Below, in pieces: positions 8,565 to 19,364 of a stretch of DNA of 64,000 nt. The DNA comes from Sediminibacterium sp. Lineage in GTDB: Bacteria; Bacteroidota; Bacteroidia; Chitinophagales; Chitinophagaceae. Location: the NCBI GenBank assembly GCA_040403945.1, contig JBBAJQ010000002.1, positions 9,300 to 73,299 on the forward strand, given 5' to 3'. The translations under genes were made by a program, and so were the position numbers. Within the stretch, counting starts at the first letter, position 1, and each line of letters begins with the position of its first letter. The notes below the pieces were generated by a model, which saw only the letters and a program-made list of their open reading frames with translations, made no database searches and was not told the origin of the DNA.

Positions 8565-9992
8565 TTACTCGGGTAACTCACTTAATCTGTTTTGAACAGT
8601 ATAGGTTATCGAATGGGCAATTAATAATAACTGCTGAATGGTGGCCACACTAAGTGATTTGTTTTTTATGCGTATCCTTTCGGGCTTATCAATTCCAAGT
8701 ATTTGTATCACCTCTTCGCCTTGCAAATAAATTTCCTTCCAAATGTATCCGGTACCTTTCATACGAATACTAAAGGGTTGTTTCAGCAGTTCTCCAGTTA
8801 CTTCTAATTTTGTAGTTAATAAAAAAGCTTTTTTTTGAGGCTCTATTGTAAATAGACTTGATAAATCATTGCCATTATAACTCTGATGCAGCCACAGATA
8901 ACTGCTGTCTTTTTGATTGGGCGTAAGGCTTATCGAAAATACGGCAAGGGTATCTTTTTCGCGCAGCAAACAGCTAACTTTTTTGTCAATCGGAAAAAAA
9001 CCAATCATATTTTCTCCCGATTGATATAAGGTACCTATCAATCTGCTTACATAAGTTACGTCTTGTAAAACATCCCTACTTTCTCTTTGTAAGCAAATAA
9101 AATTGTTGTTACGGTATTCTTTCATTTTACTAAGCGAATCGAATAACCATCCCGGAAATTCGGGCATTTTTTTGTCATCCACCTTAACGCCTATTACTCC
9201 AAGATCACTGTTTCTGATAATTTGATCACCCTGGGGCAATTGAAATTGCCATGAATTATTTTTGAAACCGGGTACGATTATCTGACTCGACTGATATACT
9301 TCCTGGGGTATAAAATTATTATAGAAATAAACCGTAGGTACTTTTAGCTCAATAAGGGATGATAGGTTGTTGGGATTGAATAGATATTTAATACCAACTT
9401 TTATAGATTCAGTAAATCCGTTAGCCGTAGTGCTTAAAACCTGTTGTTGCGTGCCATCTATGTATAGCCGGTTGAATGGAATGCCAATGGAGGGAGATTC
9501 TTTGTACGTAAGGGATATGGCCAGTTCATTCCTTTCTATTAGCTCATTTTTGTAATTAAAAAGAAAGTAGTTGAGCTGAATTACATACATCGATCTGCGC
9601 GCCAATGCAGAATCGTATAAGTAACTACTATCTTTTTCAAAAAAATTAATTGCATTGGTTTCAAAACAGTCAATATAAAGATGTAGTAAACTAGTATCAG
9701 CTTTATTAGTTTTAATAGGCGTATTTTTTTTAAGATCAGCAAGCGTAAGTAATGCAATAGGAATTTGTGTGGTATCTGTTAATTGAATATCGTGTTCTTT
9801 TAACAGGGTTGTATATAGTTGTTGTAAGATTGCCCGCTGTCGGGTACTGTCTAATAGGTATTTCATCGATGGCCCGGCGGAAGAGTAACAGCGCATTAGT
9901 TCAAGTGCCACTTTCTTCTGTGCATTAGCAGGCCCGCTGATACAGAAACATATCAGCAGTGCAAGAGAAGTTTTTTGTAAGATGTGTAACAT
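8565..9992 (-). CDS. Secreted hypothetical protein (orphan, AT-rich gene)
   Basis: Signal peptide MLHILQKTSLALLICFCISGPANAQ. I recognise no family. An alternative ATG lies at 10019. Confidence 0.5.
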   Translation of the reverse strand: MLHILQKTSLALLICFCISGPANAQKKVALELMRCYSSAGPSMKYLLDSTRQRAILQQLYTTLLKEHDIQLTDTTQIPIALLTLADLKKNTPIKTNKADTSLLHLYIDCFETNAINFFEKDSSYLYDSALARRSMYVIQLNYFLFNYKNELIERNELAISLTYKESPSIGIPFNRLYIDGTQQQVLSTTANGFTESIKVGIKYLFNPNNLSSLIELKVPTVYFYNNFIPQEVYQSSQIIVPGFKNNSWQFQLPQGDQIIRNSDLGVIGVKVDDKKMPEFPGWLFDSLSKMKEYRNNNFICLQRESRDVLQDVTYVSRLIGTLYQSGENMIGFFPIDKKVSCLLREKDTLAVFSISLTPNQKDSSYLWLHQSYNGNDLSSLFTIEPQKKAFLLTTKLEVTGELLKQPFSIRMKGTGYIWKEIYLQGEEVIQILGIDKPERIRIKNKSLSVATIQQLLLIAHSITYTVQNRLSELPE

Positions 9993-10048
9993 GTATTGTA
10001 ATATTACATCAAATAGCATACCAACATTTTACCATTTTACTAATTCTT

Positions 10049-10780
10049 ATGAACCCAGTTGAAAGAATCATCCCCGCCCGGGAACCTGTTTATTTAGATG
10101 GCCCTAAGCCCCGGATAAATGAGTTTTACTTTGCTTGGGACGTTTTTAAGCAGTTTATTAAGGGCTTTCGGGCCTTGCACTTTCTGGATCCCTGTATTAC
10201 TGTTTTTGGCTCTGCTCGGTTTTCCGAACAGCACCCGTATTATCTGGCTGCCCGTGAATTTGGCAAACAAATAGCTGCCCTGGGATTTACTACCATGACG
10301 GGTGGTGGACCCGGCATCATGGAGGCCGCCAACCGGGGTGCTTTCGAAAATAATGGCACTTCTGTAGGGTGCAATATTCAGCTTCCCTTTGAGCAGCACC
10401 CCAATCCGTATATGCATAAGTGGATTACTTTCAACTACTTTTTTATTAGAAAAGTGATGTTGGTTAAGTACTCTTATGCGTTTGTGATTTTACCCGGCGG
10501 TTTTGGAACAATGGATGAGTTGTTTGAAACACTTACCCTTGCCCAAACTAAGGTGATTAATAATTTCCCCATTGTGTTATACGGCAAAGAGTATTTTACT
10601 CCCCTGTTACTGGCTATTGATACAATGATTGATAAGGGTACGATTAGTGCAGCGGATAAAAAACTTTTTCTGTTAACCGATGATATTGCGGAGGCAATGC
10701 AGTTTATCCAATCTTACATAAAGGATAACTACAAAGTTAAGCCAAGAAAACGTTTGTGGTGGTTATTCGAAAAAAGGTAG
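10049..10780 (+). CDS. LOG/TIGR00730-family Rossmann protein (cytokinin riboside 5'-monophosphate phosphoribohydrolase-like)
   Basis: GGGPGIMEAANRGA and PGGFGTMDE motifs. Start trimmed to ATG 10049. Confidence 0.85.
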   Translation: MNPVERIIPAREPVYLDGPKPRINEFYFAWDVFKQFIKGFRALHFLDPCITVFGSARFSEQHPYYLAAREFGKQIAALGFTTMTGGGPGIMEAANRGAFENNGTSVGCNIQLPFEQHPNPYMHKWITFNYFFIRKVMLVKYSYAFVILPGGFGTMDELFETLTLAQTKVINNFPIVLYGKEYFTPLLLAIDTMIDKGTISAADKKLFLLTDDIAEAMQFIQSYIKDNYKVKPRKRLWWLFEKR

Positions 10781-10782
10781 CA

Positions 10783-11586
10783 CTAAGATTTGGCTATTTT
10801 TTTTCCTGCAGCGAAGGTGTACCCCAAACTTAGAATCAGTTCGTAGGTTCCAAATGCCTGACTAGCGGTTCCCTGATAAACCTTTAATCCAGAATAACGG
10901 GCATAATCTACTTTATTGGTAAACTCCAAAAATACATGGCGATAAAAAGTAGCTTTTATTCCCGCCTCCACTCCCATATTCCATCCGCCTAGCTGAAATC
11001 CATCCGTATTTTTATTTCCGAATAAACTATTTTCAACATGCGGAATAACAGGGCCAATACCTCCCTTGCCGAGGGCATCGAGTGTAAAATTTTTATGGGG
11101 GGCTTCCCATAGCCGCCATCTTTTTACCAGATTAAACAATAAAAAATTCGCACCGTTATTTAAAAAATAATAAAATCCATTCGCTGAACTGAACAAGATA
11201 GAACTATCTACCCCTCTGCCACCCAGGGTTCCGGAGATGCGCATGGTTTGGCCGTCTTGTATAATATGTTTGGTATGGTCGAAGTTGATTTCAAAGGCCA
11301 ATCCTTTTTGCTTATCAAAGAAATAGCCAATTCGCCAATTGTATTGGGGTATGCTGAGTGGAATAGTAAAGATGCCCTTATCCCATCCTGGATTGTCGTG
11401 CGACCGAACCTGATGCAACGTATATTTATTGCCCAATGCCGGTTGATTTACTTTAACATCCGACCGGGTATACCATTCTTTGTTATAACCCCAGGAAAAA
11501 TAAAATTCTCCTTTCCTTTCATTGCGGGTTTTTTGAGCCAACAATGATAGGGGCAATAAACCACATAGTAAAAGGTACTTCATCAT
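10783..11586 (-). CDS. Outer-membrane beta-barrel protein, unknown function
   Basis: Signal peptide, alternating aromatic/aliphatic strands and a C-terminal ...LSLGYTF segment. Confidence 0.5.
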   Translation of the reverse strand: MMKYLLLCGLLPLSLLAQKTRNERKGEFYFSWGYNKEWYTRSDVKVNQPALGNKYTLHQVRSHDNPGWDKGIFTIPLSIPQYNWRIGYFFDKQKGLAFEINFDHTKHIIQDGQTMRISGTLGGRGVDSSILFSSANGFYYFLNNGANFLLFNLVKRWRLWEAPHKNFTLDALGKGGIGPVIPHVENSLFGNKNTDGFQLGGWNMGVEAGIKATFYRHVFLEFTNKVDYARYSGLKVYQGTASQAFGTYELILSLGYTFAAGKKIAKS

Positions 11587-11598
11587 AGGTACGCAAAA

Positions 11599-14313
11599 TT
11601 AATCCAAATTAGGGCGCAACCATTTTTCGGCATCTTCCATAGACATGCTTTTTTGTTCCGCATATATTTTCAATTGGTCGCGCTGAATTTTGCCAACTCC
11701 AAAATACTGACTTTGTGGATGGGCGAAATACCACCCGCATACTGAAGAAGCCGGATACATGGCCAGGTTTTCGGTAAGTTGAATGCCGGTATATTGGGTT
11801 ACCTGTAATAGGTTAAAAAGTGGATATTTTTCTGTGTGATCTGGGCAAGCGGGATATCCTGGGGCCGGCCGGATACCGGTATATTTTTCTTTAATCAATT
11901 CTTCATTGCTCAAGTGCTCTGAAGGATCATATCCCCACCAGGTTGTACGTGTTTGCAAGTGAAGGGCTTCCGCAAAGGCTTCTGCGAATCGATCTGCCAG
12001 TGCCTGTAACATTATCTTACTATAATCATCATGGGCAGCCTCCATTCTTTGGATATGGGGTTCTATCCCGTCTATAGTTACTGCAAATGCGCCCATGTAA
12101 TCTTTATAGCCGGCAGTTGCAGGGGCAATAAAATCTGCTAATGATAGATTAGGCTGACCTGCTGCTTTTCGAATTTGTTGTCTAAGAAAATGTAAACTAA
12201 CTGGTCCATCTGCACTATTAATTTCTACACTATCTTCCTTGCTATTGGCTTCCCAAAATCCAATAACCCCTTTTGCAGTCAGCCATTTTTCGGCAATCAG
12301 TTGGTCGAGTAGGGCATTGGCATCTGCATATAAACGGGTGGCTTCTTTGCCAACAATTTCATCACTTAATATCTCAGGAAAAGATCCGTGCATTTCCCAG
12401 GCAATAAAAAAAGGTTTCCAATCTATAAAAGATCGAAGGGCATTCAGATCATATTCATCAAATGCACGAATGCCGGTAAATGCGGGGCGTGTAGGCTGAT
12501 AGGTTGCCCAATTGATTTTGCATTTGTTGTTAAGGGCTTCCGCATAGCTGAGGTATTCTTTAACCGGTTTTTTATTTTCGAACCCGGTTTTTAATTCGGC
12601 ATAATCTTTCTCTGTATTTTTTAAAAAACCTTCGCGCAAATCTTTATTCAGCAAGCTGCCAACCACCGTAACACTCCGGGAAGCATCCAGCACATGAATT
12701 ACCCCATTTGAATATTCGGGGGCGATTTTTACCGCCGTATGCATCCGAGAGGTTGTGGCGCCACCAATCAACAGAGGCTGTTGCATACCTCTTCTTTTCA
12801 TTTCATGGGCAATATGTACCATTTCATCCAGGGAAGGGGTAATTAGTCCGCTGAGCCCTATTATATCTACCTGCTCTTTTTGCGCTGTATCTAATATTTT
12901 ATCAGCCGATACCATCACCCCCAGATCGATTATTTCGTATCCATTACAGCCCAACACAACGCCTACGATATTTTTTCCAATATCATGCACGTCTCCTTTT
13001 ACGGTAGCTAATAATATTTTAGCGGCTCCTGCAGCTTCTGTTCCGGTAGTGCCTGCTGCGAGATGCGCTTTCTTTTTTTCTTCTTTTTCTGCTTCAATAT
13101 ATGGGGTTAATACGGCCACGCTTTTTTTCATTACCCGGGCACTTTTTACTACTTGGGGTAAGAACATTTTTCCGGCACCGAATAAATCACCTACTATACC
13201 CATTCCATCCATTAGGGGGCCTTCAATTACTTCCAGGGGAGTGGCATAGGCTTGCCGGGCTTCTTCTGTATCAGCTTCAATGTAATCGGTAATACCATTG
13301 ATAAGTGCGTGTGACAATCTTTTTTGAATGGGTTCATTTCTCCAAGCTTCATCTCTTACTTCTACTTTACCTTTTGCTTTTACTGTTTCGGCATGTTGGA
13401 TAAGTGATTCCGTAGCTTGGTTATTATCATTATTTCGGTTGAGTAATACATCCTCACAGAGGCTTTTTAAAACGGGCTCAATTTCATCATATACCACCAG
13501 TTGCCCGGCATTAACAATGCCCATATCCATGCCAGCACGAATGGCATAAAATAAAAATACCGAATGGATGGCCTCTCGCACATGGTCGTTCCCGCGAAAA
13601 GAAAAAGAAACGTTCGAAACGCCTCCGCTTATTTTAGCCAGCGGCATTTTTTGTTTAATCTCACGGGTGGCTTCAATAAAATCTACTGCATAATTATTAT
13701 GCTCTTCTATACCCGTTGCAACCGCAAATATGTTTGGGTCGAAAATAATATCCTGCGGGGGGAAGCCTACTACTTCAGTTAAAATTTTATATGCCCGCTC
13801 ACAGATGTCAACTTTTCTTTGTTTATTATCTGCCTGTCCTTGCTCGTCAAAAGCCATTACCACAACAGCAGCGCCAAAGTCGCGACAAATATGTGCTTGT
13901 TGAATAAATTTCTCTTCTCCTTCTTTTAGTGAAATAGAGTTCACAATGCATTTTCCCTGCACACATTGCAAGCCGGCATGAATAATTTCAAACTTCGAGC
14001 TGTCTATCATGATAGGGATGCGGGCGATATCGGGCTCACTTTGCAGAAGATTGATAAAATTCGTCATGGCGGTAACGCCATCCAGCATGGCATCATCCAT
14101 ATTTACATCTAGAATTTGTGCGCCACTTTCTACCTGCTGGCGGGCAACCGAGAGGGCCTCTTCTAGTTGATTATCCCGGATAAGGCGGGCAAATTTTTTA
14201 GAACCGGTAACATTCGTGCGCTCCCCTACATTCACAAAATTAGTTTCGGGCCTGATAACGAGGGGCTCGAGACCAGATAAACGCATAAAGGGGTGAATGG
14301 TGTGTTTACTCAT
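11599..14313 (-). CDS. metH: Methionine synthase, pterin-binding + B12-binding + AdoMet-activation modules (lacks the Hcy module)
   Basis: [10 protein letters not shown] and [11 protein letters not shown]12-binding motifs, an N-terminal pterin-binding barrel and a C-terminal activation domain. Length 904 aa. Confidence 0.9.
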   Translation of the reverse strand: MSKHTIHPFMRLSGLEPLVIRPETNFVNVGERTNVTGSKKFARLIRDNQLEEALSVARQQVESGAQILDVNMDDAMLDGVTAMTNFINLLQSEPDIARIPIMIDSSKFEIIHAGLQCVQGKCIVNSISLKEGEEKFIQQAHICRDFGAAVVVMAFDEQGQADNKQRKVDICERAYKILTEVVGFPPQDIIFDPNIFAVATGIEEHNNYAVDFIEATREIKQKMPLAKISGGVSNVSFSFRGNDHVREAIHSVFLFYAIRAGMDMGIVNAGQLVVYDEIEPVLKSLCEDVLLNRNNDNNQATESLIQHAETVKAKGKVEVRDEAWRNEPIQKRLSHALINGITDYIEADTEEARQAYATPLEVIEGPLMDGMGIVGDLFGAGKMFLPQVVKSARVMKKSVAVLTPYIEAEKEEKKKAHLAAGTTGTEAAGAAKILLATVKGDVHDIGKNIVGVVLGCNGYEIIDLGVMVSADKILDTAQKEQVDIIGLSGLITPSLDEMVHIAHEMKRRGMQQPLLIGGATTSRMHTAVKIAPEYSNGVIHVLDASRSVTVVGSLLNKDLREGFLKNTEKDYAELKTGFENKKPVKEYLSYAEALNNKCKINWATYQPTRPAFTGIRAFDEYDLNALRSFIDWKPFFIAWEMHGSFPEILSDEIVGKEATRLYADANALLDQLIAEKWLTAKGVIGFWEANSKEDSVEINSADGPVSLHFLRQQIRKAAGQPNLSLADFIAPATAGYKDYMGAFAVTIDGIEPHIQRMEAAHDDYSKIMLQALADRFAEAFAEALHLQTRTTWWGYDPSEHLSNEELIKEKYTGIRPAPGYPACPDHTEKYPLFNLLQVTQYTGIQLTENLAMYPASSVCGWYFAHPQSQYFGVGKIQRDQLKIYAEQKSMSMEDAEKWLRPNLD

Positions 14314-14324
14314 AATATGTTCAA

Positions 14325-15335
14325 TCAGGCGGTAAGCACTTCCGGTAGTAACCGGGGGGTAATATTTTTTACTGCGTTGGCAATATGTTCAATATGATCA
14401 GGTGTTGTGCCACAGCAACCCCCCACTATATTTACAAAACCTTCTTTAGCCCAATCCTCAATAAAGTGCGCGGTTTCATGGGGTTGTTCATCATATTCCC
14501 CCATCGCATTTGGTAAGCCGGCATTGGGATAGGCAGAGGTAAAGCAAGCAGCTATTTGGGAAAGTTCCTCAATATGCGACCGCATTTCTGCTGCCCCAAG
14601 GGCACAGTTGAGGCCTACGCTCAAAGGCTTAGCATGCATTACCGAAATATAAAAAGCTTCCAGGGTTTGTCCACTCAACGTTCTTCCAGAAGCATCAGTT
14701 ATTGTACCACTTATCATAATCGGAAGTGGCTTTTGTGCCTGATCCCGAAAATATTGATTGGCTGCAACAATGGCCGCTTTGGCATTTAGGGTATCAAAAA
14801 TGGTTTCTATTAATAATATATCTACCCCGCCATCTACCAGCCCCCGAATCTGCTCGTAGTAAGCTTCTACTACTTCTGCAAAGGTAACTGCCCTATATCC
14901 GGGATTATTAACGTCGGGTGATAAGCTGAGTGTTTTATTGAGGGGTCCGATGGCGCCGGCCACAAAATTGGCATCTGCCTGGGGATTGTCGGCCCTGTAT
15001 TCAGTTACTGCTTCTTTTGCACAGCGAGCAGCGGCTACATTCAGTTCATAGGCTAATGACTGCATTTCGTAGTCTGCCATGGCAATTTTTGTACTGCTGA
15101 ATGTATTGGTCTCAATGATATTCGCGCCTGCATTCAGGTATTGGCGATGGATACCTTTTATTATATCTGGTTGGGTGATACAAAGCAAATCGTTATTACC
15201 CTTCACATCCAGGTGCCAATCGCGGAAGCGCTCGCCTCTGTAATCCGCCTCCGTTAACCGATGACGTTGAATCATGGTACCCATGGCTCCGTCTATCACC
15301 AGAATTTTTTTCAATAGTATTTCTCTGATATCCAT
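14325..15335 (-). CDS. Homocysteine S-methyltransferase domain protein (N-terminal module of split MetH)
   Basis: LVIDGAMGT...[11 protein letters not shown] zinc/Hcy-binding motifs. The first ATG is at 15335. It ends 11 nt before the metH ATG. Confidence 0.9.
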   Translation of the reverse strand: MDIREILLKKILVIDGAMGTMIQRHRLTEADYRGERFRDWHLDVKGNNDLLCITQPDIIKGIHRQYLNAGANIIETNTFSSTKIAMADYEMQSLAYELNVAAARCAKEAVTEYRADNPQADANFVAGAIGPLNKTLSLSPDVNNPGYRAVTFAEVVEAYYEQIRGLVDGGVDILLIETIFDTLNAKAAIVAANQYFRDQAQKPLPIMISGTITDASGRTLSGQTLEAFYISVMHAKPLSVGLNCALGAAEMRSHIEELSQIAACFTSAYPNAGLPNAMGEYDEQPHETAHFIEDWAKEGFVNIVGGCCGTTPDHIEHIANAVKNITPRLLPEVLTA

Positions 15336-15497
15336 AATATGCAATATTGGATGAATCCATTTACTTACTAAATTCCACTACTAATTACGCTGAGAATGCA
15401 GAGATGAGCAACATATCTTAACGTTTATTAGTTCGATAGTTCCCATGCGGGAATAGCGACAGGCTGAACAATAAACAAATCCACCTGAATGGTACTG

Positions 15498-15505
15498 CAA
15501 AGTTA
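15498..15505 (-). promoter_or_regulatory. -7 box TAACTTTG upstream of the split metH operon
   Basis: Complement of caaagtta. It implies a leader of roughly 150 nt. Confidence 0.4.
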
Positions 15506-15545
15506 CTATTCGCAAAGCGTTTTACAAAATAAAGCGGGGGAAGTG

Positions 15546-16076
15546 CTACTGGTACTGGCAGTTGATAGAAATGGTTACTTTTTCCGTTACATCCGGGGCA
15601 TTTACACCAAAATCTTTGATTACAAGGGGGAAATTGGCTTTGGCCAGGGGTTTACCTTTTGCAATAACCAAGGTACCACTGGCAGACACTTTTTGGGTAA
15701 CCCCATGCAAGGTCAAGTCGCCTTTTACCTGAATAGGGTAACTGCCGTCTTTGGCAAAGTTTACCGAGCTTATATTGGTAATGTTGCCTTTAAAATCGGC
15801 GCGGGGAAACTGGGTACTCTGTAAGTATTGTGTATTAAAATGATCCTGCATCTCGGCCATCTTGAATTTAAAACCTTTGATTAGCAGGCTAAAATTTAAG
15901 GCTCCGTTATCTAGTAATCGACTGCTTACCTCGTTATTGATTGCTTTTACGTCTTCGTCGGTAGGAGATTGAAAAACAATCTGCCCATTGCGAGTGCCAA
16001 AAGTTTTTTGTGCTTCTACCCGCAAGCTTACTAGCATTGAAAGGGCAAAAAATGTTGTCAGGAATATCTTTTTCAT
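15546..16076 (-). CDS. YceI-family periplasmic protein
   Basis: Signal peptide and the GDLTLHGVTQKV motif typical of YceI-like lipid/polyisoprenoid-binding proteins. Confidence 0.75.
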   Translation of the reverse strand: MKKIFLTTFFALSMLVSLRVEAQKTFGTRNGQIVFQSPTDEDVKAINNEVSSRLLDNGALNFSLLIKGFKFKMAEMQDHFNTQYLQSTQFPRADFKGNITNISSVNFAKDGSYPIQVKGDLTLHGVTQKVSASGTLVIAKGKPLAKANFPLVIKDFGVNAPDVTEKVTISINCQYQ

Positions 16077-16085
16077 ATCGGAATA

Positions 16086-16502
16086 TTATTTTATAAGTAC
16101 ACCTTCATTAATTACTACATTGGCATCGGGGATATACCCGGTACAAATGCCCTTGAATGTAATCGTGTCGCCGGCTTTTAGGTTTCCGGGGTCTGTTTTA
16201 AAAGTACAGTTTATCATCACCAGCGGGTCGTTGGTAGAAAAATTTACCACTTTCTGCCCTTCCTGATTGGTGCTAACGTCGGCAACAGTTCCGGTAAGCT
16301 CAATGGCTTTATCTAGGTATTTACTATTAGCCGAAGCTTCATTTGTGCGAAAGGCATCATATACTTGCTGTGCGCTAAGGGCTATGCCTTTTTCTTTTGC
16401 TACATCGCGGTGTGGTTTGTTAAATATCCAGAATACCATCAGCAATCCGGCGATTAAACCAATGGCAGCTATCGTTAAAAGTACTTTCATCCATTTTTTC
16501 AT
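16086..16502 (-). CDS. Membrane-anchored OB-fold protein (tRNA_anti-like family)
   Basis: N-terminal TM helix followed by ...ANSKYLDKAIELTGTVADV..., which resembles the Bacteroidetes tRNA_anti-like OB family. Confidence 0.6.
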   Translation of the reverse strand: MKKWMKVLLTIAAIGLIAGLLMVFWIFNKPHRDVAKEKGIALSAQQVYDAFRTNEASANSKYLDKAIELTGTVADVSTNQEGQKVVNFSTNDPLVMINCTFKTDPGNLKAGDTITFKGICTGYIPDANVVINEGVLIK

Positions 16503-16521
16503 GAAGTAATATTTTCAGTTA

Positions 16522-16529
16522 CAAAATTA
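16522..16529 (-). promoter_or_regulatory. -7 box TAATTTTG
   Basis: Complement of caaaatta. It lies 19 nt upstream of ATG 16502. Confidence 0.45.
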
Positions 16530-16631
16530 TCCAAACATTAATTAAGCCCGTAAGAAAAATTGTTAAACCCAGCTTTTGAAAAAATTGGTTGTAGAAATAA
16601 ATAAGTGTATTCTAAAAATGGTCAGCCGATA

Positions 16632-17246
16632 TTATTTTACATATTGCTGAACAGGTAACCGGTGTGCAATGCTTCGGGCGAGCGTCATTTCATCTGCAAA
16701 TTCCAGCTCGCCCCCGAAAGATATTCCACGGGCGATGGTAGTAATTTTACAGGAAAGATGTGCCAGTTTTTTTTGGATATAATATATGGTTGTATCTCCT
16801 TGTATGGTTGGATTGAGTGCAAAAACCAATTCTTCTACTTCCCCTTCCTCCACCCGCTTGATTAATGTAGGAATGGTAAGTTGTTCCGGACCAATTCCAT
16901 CCAGGGGAGAGATGATGCCTCCTAAAACATGGTAAGTGCCGTTCATCTGTTGGGTATTCTCGATGCTAATCACATCCCGAATGGTTTCTACCACGCATAT
17001 CATGTGTTGATTGCGACTGGTATTGGTACAGATTGAGCAGAGGGCTCCGTCACTCACATTATAACAGCGGATGCAGAATTTGATTTCTTTCCGCATTCGG
17101 GCAACCGTTTCGGCAAAATTCGCAACCACGGGTTCTTCCTGCTTTAGCAGGTGTAAAACCAGTCGTAGCGCGGTTTTGCGCCCAATTCCCGGGAGGCGCG
17201 AAAATTCGGCAACGGCATTTTCCAGTAAGGCGGAAGGCAGCGACAT
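16632..17246 (-). CDS. recR: Recombination protein RecR
   Basis: LPGIGRKTA HhH motif, C4 zinc finger (CIRC...CSIC) and a Toprim domain. ATG at 17246. Confidence 0.9.
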   Translation of the reverse strand: MSLPSALLENAVAEFSRLPGIGRKTALRLVLHLLKQEEPVVANFAETVARMRKEIKFCIRCYNVSDGALCSICTNTSRNQHMICVVETIRDVISIENTQQMNGTYHVLGGIISPLDGIGPEQLTIPTLIKRVEEGEVEELVFALNPTIQGDTTIYYIQKKLAHLSCKITTIARGISFGGELEFADEMTLARSIAHRLPVQQYVK

Positions 17247-17295
17247 AAGTAGCAGTTTCGGATGGGCGTAAAGGTACAATTATATTGTTTGTTAC

Positions 17296-18711
17296 CTACA
17301 ATTGCACGTTTACTTCATTGTCCCAATTGGCTCTTACAGATAATTCTTTTGTTATCAGGTATACGATTTCGGGAAGTTGCTTGTTGCCGGGATATTGCCC
17401 GGGATCCCAGATGCCGTTTCCATTCGTATCGTACAGAATGCGCATTTCAAAGTTGCCCGGATAAAAAAGTACCTTCTTCCACTCTGCCGAAGTGAGCGGG
17501 AAAGACCCCATCCATTTATCCCCTTGATACAGTTGTAACACCGGCTTTCTGCTCAAATCTAGGTTAGTGAATCTCACCCGAACGCTTCCATAGTCTTCCT
17601 GCTTTTTGGCTTTAAAAGATAGGGTATCTGTTTTTAGCAGGGTAGCTCCCGAAGTGTCGGTTATCCCATCTTTTTTAAGCAATAGTCGGAACGACTGATT
17701 CTCATTTGCCTGATATTGGAGGCTGATAACCTTTCCGGAAGTATCTGTAGTAACGGCTACCCCTTTTAGCGGTTGATAAAGGGTGTCGCATAATAGGATA
17801 CTTGCAGAGTCCCACCGGCTGATTTTTTTTGGAAATCGAAGTTGCAGCATCTGAAGTAAATCTAGCCGGCCACTTTCTAAATTGGTGGTATAGCGTAATC
17901 TTTTATCATCTTTTACACTAGAGGGCCCTGCTTTTAGGGGGGTGCTGCTTTTTTTTACTTCAGGCTCTAGGGCTTTATAGGCGTAGAGCGTATCTTTTTT
18001 CGCTTTGCCGGGAATTATTGCATAGGGCAGAAAGGCAAAGTGTTCTGTACTGTCGTCGTATTTTTTAGAAAAGCTACTCTTCACTACAAAAACCTGAAAA
18101 GTATCTCTTGGTAAAAATGAGAATGCAAATTCCCCCTTTCCATTGAGTTTAGTGTAGTAAAGGGGCTTTACCTTAAAGATAGCCGTATCGCTTAGGTTTT
18201 TGTGTAAAACTACAATCAGGGTTGAATCGATTTTTCCGCTTGCTGCCAATATTACTTTCCCGCGATAGGTTAAACTGTCTAGGGTTTTTCCGGTAGAAAA
18301 AGCATACGTGAAATTGCGGGCAATATTATTTTCATTCACATCCCTAATTGCATCGCCAAACTGAAAAATATAGGTAGTATTATCCCGCAGGGTATCTTTT
18401 AGTTTTATAGTAACATTTCTAAGTTTATAATCTACTAAAGGGAAGTTTTCTAAGGATGGATTTACTAATAAGTTTTGTGGAACATCCTGTGCACTTACGT
18501 ATTCGTCAAATGTGAGGGTGATTAGTTTGGGTTTTACGTTTACGGAAGAGTCTTTGGGCGTTGCCATGATTAATCGGGGTGGTAGGGTGTCGCGCAAACC
18601 ACCACCGGGCGGAATGATATTAGCACAGGATCCCATTAATAACCAGGTAGCCAGTAAGGGAATCATACATAAAAATAAGCCGCCGGATATAGCGGAGAAT
18701 ACTTTCTTCAT
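17296..18711 (-). CDS. Ig-like (SbsA/Big_5-type) domain lipoprotein
   Basis: Lipobox LLMGSC followed by a PP..GGL..DT.PP segment typical of N-terminal Ig-like domain lipoproteins. The first ATG is at 18711; the ORF-track start is a TTG. Confidence 0.55.
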   Translation of the reverse strand: MKKVFSAISGGLFLCMIPLLATWLLMGSCANIIPPGGGLRDTLPPRLIMATPKDSSVNVKPKLITLTFDEYVSAQDVPQNLLVNPSLENFPLVDYKLRNVTIKLKDTLRDNTTYIFQFGDAIRDVNENNIARNFTYAFSTGKTLDSLTYRGKVILAASGKIDSTLIVVLHKNLSDTAIFKVKPLYYTKLNGKGEFAFSFLPRDTFQVFVVKSSFSKKYDDSTEHFAFLPYAIIPGKAKKDTLYAYKALEPEVKKSSTPLKAGPSSVKDDKRLRYTTNLESGRLDLLQMLQLRFPKKISRWDSASILLCDTLYQPLKGVAVTTDTSGKVISLQYQANENQSFRLLLKKDGITDTSGATLLKTDTLSFKAKKQEDYGSVRVRFTNLDLSRKPVLQLYQGDKWMGSFPLTSAEWKKVLFYPGNFEMRILYDTNGNGIWDPGQYPGNKQLPEIVYLITKELSVRANWDNEVNVQL

Positions 18712-18874
18712 GGATTGCAAAGGTAACCCTAAATATATTTTATACTCTATTTATCCTGCCGAATCCTCGTATACTTGTTGGGAGTAAAAATCCTCTGCCC
18801 TGCTAGCCCTGTCTATTCCGATTTTTCCCGAACTTATTGGCTAAAGGGGTGTTATAAGGTTATATTTTCAGCTA

Positions 18875-19351
18875 ATGTCTAAAACATACACACTCAAAAC
18901 AGTACTTTCCATTCCTGTAACTCTGGATGATGCCTGGGAATTTTTTAGCAGACCTGATAACCTGAAAACGATTACCCCGCAGCACCTAGGTTTTCAAATC
19001 CGCTCTAAGCATCATGGAAGTACCATGTATCCCGGGCAGATAATCGAATATACCGTAAAGCCACTTTTTGGCATCCCCCTTTATTGGATGACGGAGATAA
19101 CACATGTTACCGATCGAAAATATTTTGTAGACGAGCAGCGCTTTGGACCCTATAGTTTATGGCACCATCAGCATCACTTTACAGAAATTGAAGGGGGAGT
19201 TGAGATGACGGATATTGTGCATTATAAAATACCTTTTTGGGTATTGGGCGATATTGCCCACACATTATTCGTGCGGAAACAACTGAAGCAGATTTTTCAA
19301 TTTCGAACCCAACAAGTAGAAAAGCTGTTTGGGAAATGGGAAAATCGCTAA
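18875..19351 (+). CDS. SRPBCC-superfamily protein
   Basis: 158 aa. The F.DEQ..GPY..W.H.H.F motif is typical of this cyclase/dehydrase-like family. Confidence 0.65.
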   Translation: MSKTYTLKTVLSIPVTLDDAWEFFSRPDNLKTITPQHLGFQIRSKHHGSTMYPGQIIEYTVKPLFGIPLYWMTEITHVTDRKYFVDEQRFGPYSLWHHQHHFTEIEGGVEMTDIVHYKIPFWVLGDIAHTLFVRKQLKQIFQFRTQQVEKLFGKWENR

Positions 19352-19364
19352 CAAAAGATAGTTG

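Noticed and set aside
12755-13249. Long antisense ORFs inside metH (also 1276-1683, 41403-41846, 45963-46388, 46896-47261 and 63327-63866 inside other genes).
   Set aside because: Each lies entirely opposite a well-supported conserved gene. Their products are low-complexity or Cys/Pro/Ser-rich with no motifs. They are typical shadow ORFs.
15345-15545. A known riboswitch (SAM-I, SAM-II or cobalamin) upstream of metH.
   Set aside because: I could not find GAGGGA/GCAACC (SAM-I), the SAM-II pseudoknot signature or the GCCACTG B12 box on either strand. The region is kept only as an unclassified structured leader.
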